NCBI RefSeq assembly: GCF_009914755.1
Contig: NC_060931.1
Strand: one strand, 5' to 3'
DNA: 64,000 bases
Source: the human T2T-CHM13v2.0 reference genome, Homo sapiens
Shown: in pieces, positions 16,244-29,410 of the stretch
Layout: each line of letters starts with the position of its first letter
Position numbering within the stretch: position 1 is the stretch's first letter
The notes under the pieces: generated by a model
The model's input: the letters and a program-made list of their open reading frames with translations, nothing else
Told to the model about the DNA's origin: nothing
Database searches by the model: none
Made by a program: the position numbers and the translations under genes

Positions 16244-17745
16244 TAAAATATGTGACCACTCTAGAATCTGTGCCATAAAAGAAAAGAAATCCCACTCAAC
16301 CTGATTTTTCTTGTCTGCTGCAGACGTCCAGTCATCAGACTTGGCAGCATTCATTCATTCGAAACACTGCTTACAGGTGAGTCCAGGGACCACACGACAA
16401 TACTTCAGCCAAAGGTGCCTTTGGTGCGTCCAGCCCTGACCTGGCCCACCTGTCACTTTAGGAGGAGATCCCCAGCGCAGAGAAATGCAGCAACCCTGAA
16501 CCACAGACGCAGGTAATGGTCAGGGCTGATGGGAATCCAGTGTCTGTGAGCCACACACCTGCAGCCCAGGCCTCCTAGCCGGAGTGGGTTTTTAATCATT
16601 AGCCAAGGCTTTGTGCTCCCGGGTGGATGTAAGCTGACACCAGGGTTAATATGTTCCCTGCTGTTGACCGTTCACAATTCCCTCCACCTGCAGAGGTGGG
16701 ACAATAGCTTCAGGAACAGTATCCAACCCACCACTTTCAAATTCCAGCTACAAAGGGAGAGCGCCTGCTTGTGTGAGGCTCACATTGACGGGTGTGTTTT
16801 GTTTTTTGTTTTTTTTTTAATGTGTTGAAGGTTTTTCCTCTTTCTCAGCAGGTCAGTGAACTGAGACCTGTGGGCTCCTGACTGTGGATGAGGAGTCTGC
16901 CTGAAGGGAAGGCCAAGGCTGCTGGGAAGCCTCCTCACTGGGGCGCAGTTCCCAGAAACCCTTTGGAAATAGCCAAAGGCCTGTATGTTATTTTAGGCGT
17001 GGGAGGAGACGGTGAAATCAAAGGAAAAGTGTGGATCAAAGTTCAGCCTGTGGGGAGAAGGGGTGAGGGTGGGGGTGCCACAACCACAGGCATCAGTCCC
17101 AGAAGTCTGTGCCCACAGGGTCATGATGGCCTCACTAGGCAATTGTGCAGATGCTAAGGGGAGCAGCTGGAAACAGAGGCCGGGGCCAAGGGGCAGGGAC
17201 CATCCTGGTAACCATCTCACCGTCTCGTCTCTGGGAACTGGGCTGAGCTCTGAAGGGCAGCCGTCCTGGGTCCCACTCACCCATGGAGTCATTCAGGATG
17301 GAATGGAAGGGGGTCTTCCTTTCCAACCTTGGCTCCCACTGACTTAGTGCCTGACTCCTGCAGGCAGCTCCAGGGCACCCGCGGGCCCTGCCAGCCTTTC
17401 CTGGAAGAGCCCTGGGGTGACGGAAGCCTCACAATCCCGCCCAGTTCGAATGACAGTTCATCACCAGAAGCTCCTCTTTTAAACACGTTCCACTAACATC
17501 TTCTGCTGTTTATCTGCCCATTCTCAAAGTCTGCTCCATCTGAGCAGAATGCGGCAGTTTGGAGAAGGGGCCTCAGCCAGGCTTGCCCAGGAGCCACCTC
17601 CCCCTCGGGTGTCCACTGGGTACCAGCTCCTCGCGGCCCATGTCTTCACCCAGATGAGGCTGGAGAGCTGTGAGCCAAAAAGGATTTCCAGAAATGCCTG
17701 AGGAACAACTAATCAATATGAAAGAAGTGAAGGGATGCACCCCAT

Positions 17746-18154
17746 TGTATTAATTTCCTAAGGCTGCTGTAAAGCACTACAAAGTGGTTGGCTTCAAACA
17801 AGGCATGTGTTCTCTCACAGACCCAGGGGCTGGAGGTCTGAAACCAAGGCGGCAGGCTGCGCTCCTTCTGAGAGCCCCAGGGAGGATCTGTCCCTGCCTC
17901 TTCCACCTTCTCAGGCTGCCACAATTGGTGAGGTTCCTTGGCTTGCAGACACGTGGCTCCAGCCTCTGCCTCTGTCATCACCTGGCTTTCTCCCTGTGTC
18001 TGCATCCTCTCCTCTTCTTACAAGAACCCAGTCATGGAAATCAGGCCCAATCTAATCCAGCATGACCTCATCTCTGTCATCATTCCAAATAAGGTCACAT
18101 TCAGGGGTTTCAGGTGGACATGAATTTCGGGGGAACACAACTCAACCCCCTGTA
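17746..18154 (-). mobile_element. MLT1C-like MaLR LTR
   Basis: tgtattaatttcctaaggctgctgta...ttccttggcttgcag...atccagcatgacctcatct...ttccaaataaggtcacattc...ggaacacaactcaaccc. Confidence 0.85.
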
Positions 18155-19975
18155 CCTCCCCTACAGATGGTTCTCTGGGATCCGTGAGAAGGAGGGAGGC
18201 CCCACTGCATGTTCCAGGTCGAATGTTCTCATAGCACGTCGTTTCCTTACCTGCAAGGCTAGGTGTCAGTGTCACTGGGAAAGGAGCCCATTGGCTTGCC
18301 CTTCTTCACTGGTACTCACTGTGTGTGCCCATCAAGAGAAAGGCACGTGCACAGGGATATAGGGAGAAACTTTCAAAGGGGTGAAATGCACAGAAATCTG
18401 AGAGCAGTCCAGGACTGTGGCCCTAAACTTGCTCCCTGGCAGCTCCCTACACACAGGCCTTATGGTTGATTCGCTTAAGCCACTCTCTAGGGACTAGAGG
18501 CGTCTAGACCAGAAGGCGCAGGTGAGCCATGGGAACAGGAAGTCCCAGCCCACATCTCAGCACATCTTCAGCCTGTCCTACTCCCTCCCACAGAGTAAAT
18601 CCCGGACACTCCTGCTGGTCTGCACTTGCTCCAAAGCAACAGAGAACCAGCCTGCACTACATCCACACCCTCCCAGGGCTGAGGCCATGGGCAATGATGA
18701 GGCAGGACCCTGAGCCGTTGTTGTTCAGGACGCAGCAGCTGGGAGATGGGGGTGAGGGTCATCCCCAACAACGAAGCACCCTCCAGAGGGGCGCTGGGTG
18801 AGAAACAGACGGACTTACAGTGCTGGCCCCACCCCTTCCTCACCTTCTGCTGAGCGACCTCACGCGCATCCAGCCCTCCCAATCTGAGTGTGATCGCCCA
18901 CGCAGCCCTCCTCCCACCCGACTGCTCAGCATCCACACCCATCGTCCTCCACCGTGCCCTGCCAATGCCCGAATGCTGTATGCACAGGCTAACTAAACAC
19001 CACTCTGTGATGACTGAGTGTCAAGGTAAGATCTGGGGAATGCAGTATCGGTTTGTACTTTTATTTTTGGGTCTCACCTGACTTTTGCCAAAGCCACAGA
19101 TGTTGAGTTTGGCTCTTCTGACCAAATGGAACACCTGGATGCTGATCTAACAGGATCCTTGAAACTCTTCTCTCTGCTTCCTGGAGATCAGAGAGATTAA
19201 GGAGCAAGAACATTTGCGTATATCCATTGACCTAATAGAACTCAATTTCACTGTGACTCTGGTCAAATATGTTTGCATGAAGACTCCTGATGAGACACAC
19301 AGAATCTGGAAGGGGCAGCGGTGAATCCAGAAACCATGAGCACGCACACATACACGTGTAGGTGATCTTCTGCCGAGACTCTGCTGTGGTGTATAGACCC
19401 GTGTCTGTGTTTCTGAAGTTTACTGAGGGGTGGAAACAATCTATAAGCAGGAAATAACCACTGTCCAGTCAAATACCTGGACTTATGGGCCGTGAGGACA
19501 AGAAATGCATACCCAGAGACTTGTGGGAAGCCTTCTGTGACAACATGCATGCAGAAACCACTGCAGGCTGGGGCCGGCAGAACAGACCCACATAGGTCAC
19601 CTGGATCCACTGTCCCAGATCACTGGATGCTCAGCTCACTAAGCCCCACACCCAGTAATTTACAGGTGGAAAGTGTGGGTGTTTTGTTGGAAATTTGCTT
19701 AATTTTTCAGTAAAATAAAATGGAGACCATTAAAGTGATTTCATTTATCTGAAGCTCCTCATCATCCATTTGGTCAGCATTCTTTCTGAAAGAATCAAAT
19801 AGCTTCATGAGACTCCATCACGGTCACTGGGGCAGAGGCAGGGATGGCAGCACGTGACCTGCAAGACTTCCTGACAGTCACATCTGTCCTGTCCTTGTGT
19901 TGGTTGGTCTTGTTGCTCTGGTCACTTCCTCTGTCTGGCTTTCTGAGTTCAAGTAAAACATACTGAGCAAGTCTC

Positions 19976-20024
<49 letters not shown>

Positions 20025-21040
20025 CACACATAAAAAAACCTCACACACAACACCTCACACAACACACAAAACAGCACACAAAAAACACCTCACACACAAC
20101 ACACACAAAACACCTCACAAACAATACACATCACATACACAAAACACTTCACACACAACACACACACATAAACACACACAGCACACACACCTCACATAAC
20201 CCACACAACACACACAAAACACCTCACAACACACACAAAACACTTCACACACAACACAACACATACACAAAATAAGCAACACATACACAAAACACAACAC
20301 AAACAACACACACTACACATACAACACACACTGCAACACACACACAACACCTCACACAATACACACAACACAGACATGTACACACACACAACACAGGCAT
20401 GTACACACACAACACACTTCAGCACAACACACACAGCACAACACACACACCTCACAACACACACAAGACACACCTCACACACAAAACACCTCACACACAA
20501 CACTTCACACACAACACACACCACAACACACACAAAAAACACCTCACACACACAAAACACCTCACACATAATACACACAACACACACAGCACAGACATGT
20601 ACACACACAACACACCTCAGCACAACACACAACACACAAAGCACAACACACACACCTCACACACAACACACAAAGCACAACACACACACCTCACACACAA
20701 CACACACGACAGACACACCTCACACACAAAACACCTCACACACAACACTTCACACACAACACACACACCGCAACACACACAAAAAAAAACACCTCACACA
20801 CACAGGTAACACCTCACACAATGCAACACATGCAACACACACAAAACACTACACACACTGCAACGCACTCAAAGCACCTCACACGCAACACACAACACAC
20901 ACACCTCACACAACAGACAACAGACAACTCACACACAAAAACACACCTCACGTACAACACACACACTGCATCACACAACACACAAACACAACATACACAC
21001 ACAAAACACCTCACACACACCACAGACCACAGACACACGC
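19976..21040 (+). repeat. (CA)n microsatellite followed by ~1 kb of CA-rich low-complexity sequence
   Basis: Pure (AC)n at 19977-20022, then recurrent acacctcacacacaac / acacaaaac units; very few G. Confidence 0.97.
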
Positions 21041-21999
21041 ATCTTGCACACAGAGCTGTGCAAAGGTGGAGTGTGAGCTCCAGCCTCAGGCTGAAATGTG
21101 AGCCCTGCAGTCACCTTGGAGGGAACTAGCCCACTGGCCTCGGGTGAGGTGAACCAAGAGAAGCACCGCCCTGATGACTCAGCCACTATTCTTACCCAAC
21201 CCCTCTTCCAGGGCCACAGACCACAGTGGCCAAGGCCAAGCAAGAACAATCACAGCGTGAGTGCAGGCAGCTGGTGCGGGCTCGGGACCTGCCCGGAGCT
21301 GGATCAGGCACTGCCCTGAACCCTCCCACACCAGAGGCCGCCACCAGAAGGCGGAGACACCGGCCTCCTTCAAGGACAGTGGCCCCTCTGTAAACAGGCG
21401 GCACTTCCCCGGGGGGGGGCCAGGCCCTCCCTGGACTCAGGCTGGCTGTGGGCTGCCCAGGAGGCCGGGCGGGGAAGTGGGTCCCATACATGGCCTCGGG
21501 GTGTCCTAGTGAAGGCTGCCCTGCACCTGAGGGCCTCAAGATTTGCTGGTATGAATCAATCGCTTGCAGAGTGTATGAAGGTAAACACAGGATGGAAAAA
21601 AACAAGGACACTCTGCCCTTGAACTTCAATCAAAAGCTGTGGGGCCACCATTCGGACCACTGTTAGGCCGCAGCATCATGAAAAGATCCTGCAAACCTGC
21701 AACTACCAAGGACAGACTCGCATGCGCCCTTGTTCTGACCGTGGTGCCTCCAAGTCTGCAAATGCGGGATCACAGGAATCATCTACTGTGTCTGTCATCA
21801 GTGCCCTCACCCTCAGGAAGCAGGGGACACGCTCTGGAACTCATCAGACTGGTTCTCTCCATCAGGAGAACCAGATCAACAATGAATGGCACACAGCAAA
21901 GGCTGTGGGCACCAGAAGAACCGCACTGCCAACTCACCTTCACAGGACAACCAACCAGGCTCTTCCCCACACATCACGTGTCTTCCCTGTGTCACACTA

Positions 22000-22200
22000 G
22001 CACTGAGGATCTAAGCATGTTATTTCATTCGATCCTGGCAGTGACCCCAAGAAGAGCTGGTGGCGTCCTCATTTTACAGAAGAGGAAAGTGGAGCCCAGA
22101 AAAGTGAAAGAACTCCATTCAGGGCCACACAGCTCACCAGTGTCATACCCCGGATGGGACTCAACCCAACTCTAGTCCATGCTCACACCTACCACTACAT
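22000..22200 (-). mobile_element. MIR fragment
   Basis: ctcattttacagaagaggaaagtggagcccagaaaagtgaag...ggccacacagct...gggactcaaccca. Confidence 0.7.
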
Positions 22201-24039
22201 TCTGTGCCTGTGTGCGCATGTGAGCACTGCGTGTACACATACACGTAGACTTACAGAGCAGCTGGACCACAGGCTGTGACTCCCCTGTAAGGAGCCCGGC
22301 CACCTCTCCCAGCCTTAGGGACAGTAGTTACCTGAACAATGGTGAAGCATTCTCTCTATGACCCAGAAGACCACAGCCCATAGAACGGTAATGTAAGCAG
22401 AAAGACACCAATTGTCCCTTTATAGTTCTAAAAGCCAGAGGTCCCAATGAGGCTATGCTGCAATAGCTTGCCTCTGACATCCCTCCAAAATCATCATTCT
22501 GCTCGACTCATGGAGACGTGGTGCATGCCCCTGATGCCTTAGTCTACACCCTCCATAATTTCCCACATCGCACATTTTCTCTGCTGATTCTTGTTTCTTC
22601 CCACCTTCCAGAAAGGCACATGCCAATCATTGTGGTTTCCTTTTCACACTGGCTCCCAGGAAGCTCCAACCCTGTGTCCATGTAACATATGCCAAGTTGA
22701 CATTCACAAAGGGAGGTTTGCCTCCCAGCTCCTTTCTCAACAATACTATGTGCCGATTTTGAGTCCATGAATTAATCTAACCTCACATCCCACTTTTGTA
22801 AGCTGCTGCAGTAAACAGAAGATTCTGCTACCAGGAATATGAAAACGAACATCACAGGTAAATAGCCACGGGTTCAATGCGCCACAATCACGGAAAAGGT
22901 TCCTTCTCCATTGTGTCTTAAATGCCCCGGGGAGCCACAAAGGCACCCTATGCCTGCAGACAAAGAACCCTCACACAGTATGTCATTAAGATGACAGACA
23001 CCCTTACAGTCCTGTCCTGGGATGTCGGTAAGTATGGCTGGCAAGGCTCATCACTGCCTTCTTTCTGCCCTACCAGGGAATTAGGCCCAGGGGTTTCAAA
23101 ACAATCATGCCCTCAGCCAGCACAACTCCAGGAATTTTGACAGACCCGGCAGCTCACCTCGATAAAACATGCTGGGATGAAGCTATTCTAGAACCTCTCC
23201 AAAGGGGTCATGCCCCTCAGGTTAGCTGCAGAGCAGAGGAGGGCCTGGGGGTGGGTACAAGTGCCAGGTAAACTCCAGGTGTGGGAGGGGCCGCCAGCAC
23301 AGGACAGAGCAGAAGAGCAGCCAGGTCTAAGGGCAGGTCACAGAGGGGCCTGCAGGGGCACTGACACCCCAGAGAGCAGAAGCCCCTTAGTGTCTGGGTG
23401 ATGTGGGAGTTTCTTCAGTTTTCTGAGCTCCAGCAGGTGAGGGAGGGCAGGGCATCTGAGACAGAATAGGTACTCAATGAATGGTAACAAAGAGAAAAAC
23501 AAAAACAGCTATCAGGTGACCTGGCCAGGTGCCACAGGGCACAGTGACAACCCAGGTGACATCGGGGATGTCAGTATTATCTGAAAGCAATTCCATGCCC
23601 ATCCAAAATGCCAAGGATCACAGTGCCAGAAGACTCAGCCCAGACAGGATCAGGAAAGAAAAAAAAGATTCTGTGCTTTCTGCCCTGAGAAGCCACACGG
23701 TGCAGGCGGAAACCCTCCTGCCCAAGCTCCGCTAAATGGGGGGGTCTGCTTCTACAAGGCCACCCAGCAGGGAGGCAGAAGAGTGCTCAGGCTGGGCTGG
23801 GCTGCCACGTCCATCCTTCCATTTACTCCTCCATGCCAGGAGGAAGACAGCACTGCCCTATTTAGGGGAGAAAGCTCCATGCAAAATAAAGATGTGAGGG
23901 AACTGGGTGTCTTGGCATCAAAGGCCCTCTCATGACCCCACACCACCACACGGGGAGAGCAGCCCAGAAAGGCAGGCATTTGCCAAGGCCACCCCTGACT
24001 GCACGCCCACGGGCTGATCTCTGCCCCAGTTCCAGCCCA

Positions 24040-24216
24040 CAGCCAGGATTCCCACACTTGAGCTGATCAGCCTTGCCAGAGGGTTTGTTAAAGCACCGAT
24101 CGCAGGGCCCCAGCAATTCAGTAGGTCTGGGCTGGGGCCTGAGAATGTGCATTTCTATAGGTCCCCAGGCAATGCTGAGGCTGTAGGTCCAGGGACCACA
24201 CCTGGGGGCCAGCTGG
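24040..24216. mobile_element. MER5A-like hAT MITE
   Basis: gggtttgttaaagcac...attcagtaggtctgggctggggcctgagaatgtgcatttcta...gggaccacac. Confidence 0.85.
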
Positions 24217-24287
24217 TCAAGGCAAGTTGAAAAGGCCACAGAGAGCTTAGTACAGAGTGGACTCATGCATGTTCATCTCAGGGAAAT

Positions 24288-24828
24288 ACACACACACACA
24301 CACACACACATTCACATACACATAAACTGACATACATAATAAACACACACATCCATATGTTCACACACAGGTAACAATTACATTATCCACATATATATAC
24401 CCTCAGATATATAACAACTACATTAAAAACCTACACACATTAATAATTACATACAAGATACATATATTCACATGTGTAACATTTATATACATAATATATG
24501 CATACAAACCTTCATATAAACAATTACATAACATATATACACTCACATATAAAGACTGCATACCTAATATACATATATATTCACATACATAACTCTCATA
24601 TGTATGGCACATGTATGTATTCATGTGTTGACACATGTATAACATACATATTCATTTGTGTGCGTATAACAATTACATGTATAACATGCATGTATGTGTT
24701 CATGTACCAATAAAATTACATGCATAACATGCATGTCTATCCATATACATGTAACAACTACATGCATAACATACATGTATGTATTTGTACGCACAACAAT
24801 TACACACATAATACACACACACACACAC
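24288..24828 (+). repeat. (CA)n/(TA)-rich low-complexity tract
   Basis: (CA)n at both ends with acatatatac / acatgtataac units between. Confidence 0.9.
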
Positions 24829-25707
24829 AGAGCAGCAGCAAGGGGAGTGGGCAGGAGCCAGGCTGGGCTAGAAGAGCGAGATCTCTTAGCAACCACACCT
24901 GTGAAAAGGTTAACAGGGAGGCCGTGTCCTGACGCAGGGGGAGGGCTGTGCTCCAGGAGACTGAAGACTCCTCTCTGGGACCCTGGGCTCCAGAGGGAAC
25001 AATGACAACATCTAAGCAGCCAGGATGGGCCCTTTGGGCTCTGGCCTGTCTGACAGCCCTGCAACCGGCATCTTTAGAGCCAGCACACAGCTTTAGCCCT
25101 CTGGTGCCTCTGATGTCCAGGGCTCACCAACAAATCTGATGGCAAGGGACTGTCTGCGAGGTGGGAGAGCCTCAGCTGCCACCAGGAAAACAGGCTTCAG
25201 CCAGGGCCTCGGGACAGGCACACAGCTCTGGGGCCACCTGGGCCTCAGCCCCTGGCTCCCGGGGCCTATGACAAGCCTGAGGAAATCAGTCACAAACCGC
25301 AGCCTGTCAAAACCAACTACAAACACAGGCTCCCAAGTCCCCCCACGCCCCCTACTCCCCCACCCCCCCGTCGGCGGTGAGTGCCACAGGAGGAATGGAG
25401 TGAGACTGGACCACAGGCCTGGGGACACAGCTGAGGCCAGCAGGGACAGCCAGGCAGGCGCCCGCCCCGGACGGCCTCAGCTCTTGATGCTGCAACATGT
25501 TTCTCATAGTTTGTCAATATTTTAGGTTTCTGGGTGAGATTTTATTTTTAACGTTCCTATGACCTCAAATGCATACTTTGCTCTTCCAGAACCAAAGAGA
25601 CCACACCACATGCCAGCATTAAAAGGAGCATAATAAGGGCACCCCGCCTGTGGCCAGGCTTCTGTGACAGGCCTGACCCTGTAGTCCCTCTTCTCTCATC
25701 CGCAGCT

Positions 25708-25890
25708 AGGTTAGAGAGCACCTCTATGGCCATTGCATAAAGGAGAAAACCGAGGCTCAGGTGGGCAGGGGGCGAGGGCAGGGCCTGGCCACTCAAGTGA
25801 TGAGGTTAGAGAGCCACCCCCACGCCCACTGGGTAAAGGAGGAAACCAAGGCTCAGATGGGCAGGGGGCAAGGGCAAGGCCCAGCCACTG
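25708..25890 (+). repeat. Tandem duplication, period 95 bp (MIR-core-derived unit)
   Basis: aggttagagagc at 25708 and 25803; taaaggag.aaacc.aggctcag.tgggcagggggc.agggca.ggcc repeated. Confidence 0.9.
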
Positions 25891-26976
25891 GAGCCAGGAT
25901 CTGATCTTGACTTCATCAAAGCAGGGAAGCTGCCACACGGGCGCCGCTGGCCGAGCCTGGGGAAGGATGTCCTACTGCACCACAAGACAGAGCCAGTTAG
26001 CCAGTTCCATGTCTGGAGGCCACCAGGCTCACAATCCAGAAAGGCTGCCAAATCTCCGGCAGAACACCCCAGATTCTGTGTATGGCGAAGCTAGGGGGAG
26101 CCAAGAGCAGAAAGCCCTGCCCTACTTGAGAAGTACAGGGAACAACACACCTGACAGATGCCCAGGAGGAACCACAGGGTGCACCTGTTTCCCTGCCCCA
26201 CCGGGGAGGCCCAGACCTGCACACACTTCCCCAGCAGCAAGAGGCAGCTTCCCATTTGCCTCCCAGGGAGTCGCTTCTGACTTGCAGTGAGAGAAGAGGG
26301 TCCTGTATCCTACTGTCTTGGCACAGTGAGCCTTTCAATTATCCTGCAAGCTGCTAATAAGCCCTCAGAAACAAAGCTTCACTCACTCAGCTCCAAAGGA
26401 TGGAGGCAAAGAAAACACCAGGAGGTACCACGACCTTCCAAGGAGCTGCATTTGAAAAGCAGACAGCAATTTAAATTTGCCTAATCACAAGCCAAAGAGA
26501 AAGTGCTATTGTGTTTACCTTCAATCTGATTTGAACACACACACACACACCCAGTATTTGTCAGAGCTGGATGTCAGTCTACAAACCACTGCACTACACT
26601 GTCCACAGCCACCTGGCGACCCAGGCACCCTCACTGTCCAGGTTTTTATCACTAAGACAACAGACTTGTGCTGTCTTCACTTTATAGCCAAGGAAACTCG
26701 GCCCAGGGAGATTCGCCCCGAAGGTAACTATTACTGATAGAAAGGCAGCTCCCGCAAAGGCGCAGCGGATCCTCTTCTCTAAAAAACCATGCAAATGGCC
26801 AGTGCAGCATGGTCAAAGGACCTCAGATAGAGCCTTGTGAATGCAAGCTACAGGTCAAAGGGAGGGCATGGATCCTAGAGGAAGCCAAAAGATCCCCAAA
26901 GAGGGAGCAGCTTCAAGAAAGGACTTAGTCCTTTCTTGGATGGAACAAGGGAGCCAAAGAAATGCAAAGGGCTTAC

Positions 26977-27015
26977 CTGTTCCAGTCGGACTTGCACACC
27001 GCAGGGAATCACCAC
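26977..27015 (-). CDS. TNS3: 39-nt exon; encodes VVIPCGVQVRLEQ, including the last Zn-ligand Cys of the C1 domain; 5'UTR in the canonical transcript (recalled)
   Basis: Minus strand: ctgtttcttctctctttgaaag|GTGGTGATTCCCTGCGGTGTGCAAGTCCGACTGGAACAG|gtaagc. Phase 0/0; completes C-x7-C with the 38-nt exon. Confidence 0.9.
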
Positions 27016-27435
27016 CTTTCAAAGAGAGAAGAAACAGATAAGCAAATGGATTCTCCAGGAAAAAATTAGCATAATAATCAAGCCAGGCTCCCAAAGACTG
27101 AATGAAACTGTCTCTAACCTCACTCTGGCTACAAAGCTGTAGCAGATCAAGACTGACAAGATTTAGAGTTAAGAGAGTCCAGGGTTTTGTTCACTTTTGG
27201 AAAGTCCCTGTCATTTTTGCTAATGTCATGGAAACCATGGGGCCTCCCCTTCCAGAAAAATGCAAATCACTCATAGATACAAAATTTAGCCCCCACTTTC
27301 ACAAAGAACTGGTAGACCTCAAGGATGGAAACCTCTGAGTCGGTCCGTGCTTGGGGAGCTTGGGAGCGGGGCCCAGAGAAGGAGGTGGAAGGCTCTGCCT
27401 GGTGGTCTTCAAGACCCCACTCCTCCCATCCTCAC

Positions 27436-27603
27436 CCAGGGGCATGCATTCTCTACACAAGGGGCCATCTTTTCTAGAACTATTTCTACAAGTAGAACTG
27501 AAGAGTCTGAATGTGGCAATGTCAACCTGGTTATTCCATTCCGCACAAGAGACGGGGAGAGGAGACTTTGACTCCACCATAGTCTCTGAAGACCGAGAGC
27601 TCC
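27436..27603 (-). CDS. Candidate alternative exon, 168 nt, in frame (GALGLQRLWW...EKMAPCVENACPW)
   Basis: Acceptor tttctttatctttcccag|GGAGCT and donor CCCTGG|gtgagg; 56 codons with no stop in the C1 frame; 420 nt upstream of the 39-nt exon. No transcript evidence is available here. Confidence 0.5.
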
Positions 27604-27699
27604 CTGGGAAAGATAAAGAAAGTAACGGAGGCAAGGCGGCCCAAACACAGTCAGGAGAGGCAGTTAGTAACAGGCACAGGGAGCCACCAGTCCTGCAGG

Positions 27700-27880
27700 G
27701 CAAAGACCCCACCTTGGGCAGGATCTCCACCACTTACTAGCCACAGGACCTTGGTCTTTAATCTCTCTGGGCCTCAGTTTCCACATCTGAAAACTGCAGG
27801 TAACAATAGTGCCTTCCGGGCAGGGTCATGGTGAGAATTAAGAGATGGCGCGTGAGGAGCTCAGAAGAGTGGCACAGGGC
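27700..27880 (+). mobile_element. MIR
   Basis: ctccaccacttactagcc...gggcctcagtttccacatctgaaaact...gtgagaattaag. Confidence 0.8.
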
Positions 27881-28599
27881 AGGGGCTAAGGGAGCCAGGC
27901 AGGCATTGCGCTGCTCTGGGGGGCCGCTCAGGAGCCAGGCGCCAGCAAACAGGATTCAGTTCCTGGTGAGTGACCTCACTCCTTAGCTTTCTCCTGGCAC
28001 TGCTCCCTCCAGATCCCTGGCACCTGCCTTCTCAAAGAGTTTTCTGAAAATGTGCAACCGAAGGAGAATCGTAGAGAATCTCAGAGATCTGACTAATTGT
28101 ACTTGTGGTTTGGGGTGGGCAGCGGCGTAACCTTGGCTCTTACCAGGATAACTATTTATAGCCTCTTGCTTATCTTACGCAGTCCAGTCCTCAGGGAGTA
28201 TGTGACACATGGCCGTTCCTGTGTCTGGGACACATCATTACTCCACCATGGCTCTGACTCAGACGGATGTCTGGGGCAGGGGTCCTCTCTCAGGGCCCCT
28301 TTAAAGTTTGATGAATGGATGAGAGAATAAGTAAACAAATAAATGTAAAGCAAAACAAAACAAAAACAGCTTTGGAAACAGAAGGAGTCACAGACAAAAC
28401 CTTACAGGATGGCGGAAACAGCCGGACAAGGAGACCCCATGGTTAACAGAGCGGTGTGACTTATCTCCCCTCAAGCATGGTATCTACTCAGTGCACACAT
28501 GCATCTTGTTGCCTCACTCCACATGTGACATGCAGGCAAGAAATGTGCGAAGAATCAGGGCCCCTGCCTTTCAAACTCACTATCAGCATTCCTGCAATG

Positions 28600-29410
<811 letters not shown>

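Noticed and set aside
18779-18796. CTCF-like ccctccagaggggcgctg
   Set aside because: Spacing between CCAG and CGC is one base longer than the CTCF core.
20376-21101. 241-aa Thr/His-rich ORF and overlapping Cys/Val-rich antisense ORFs
   Set aside because: Artefacts of the CA-rich low-complexity tract, which lacks stop codons.
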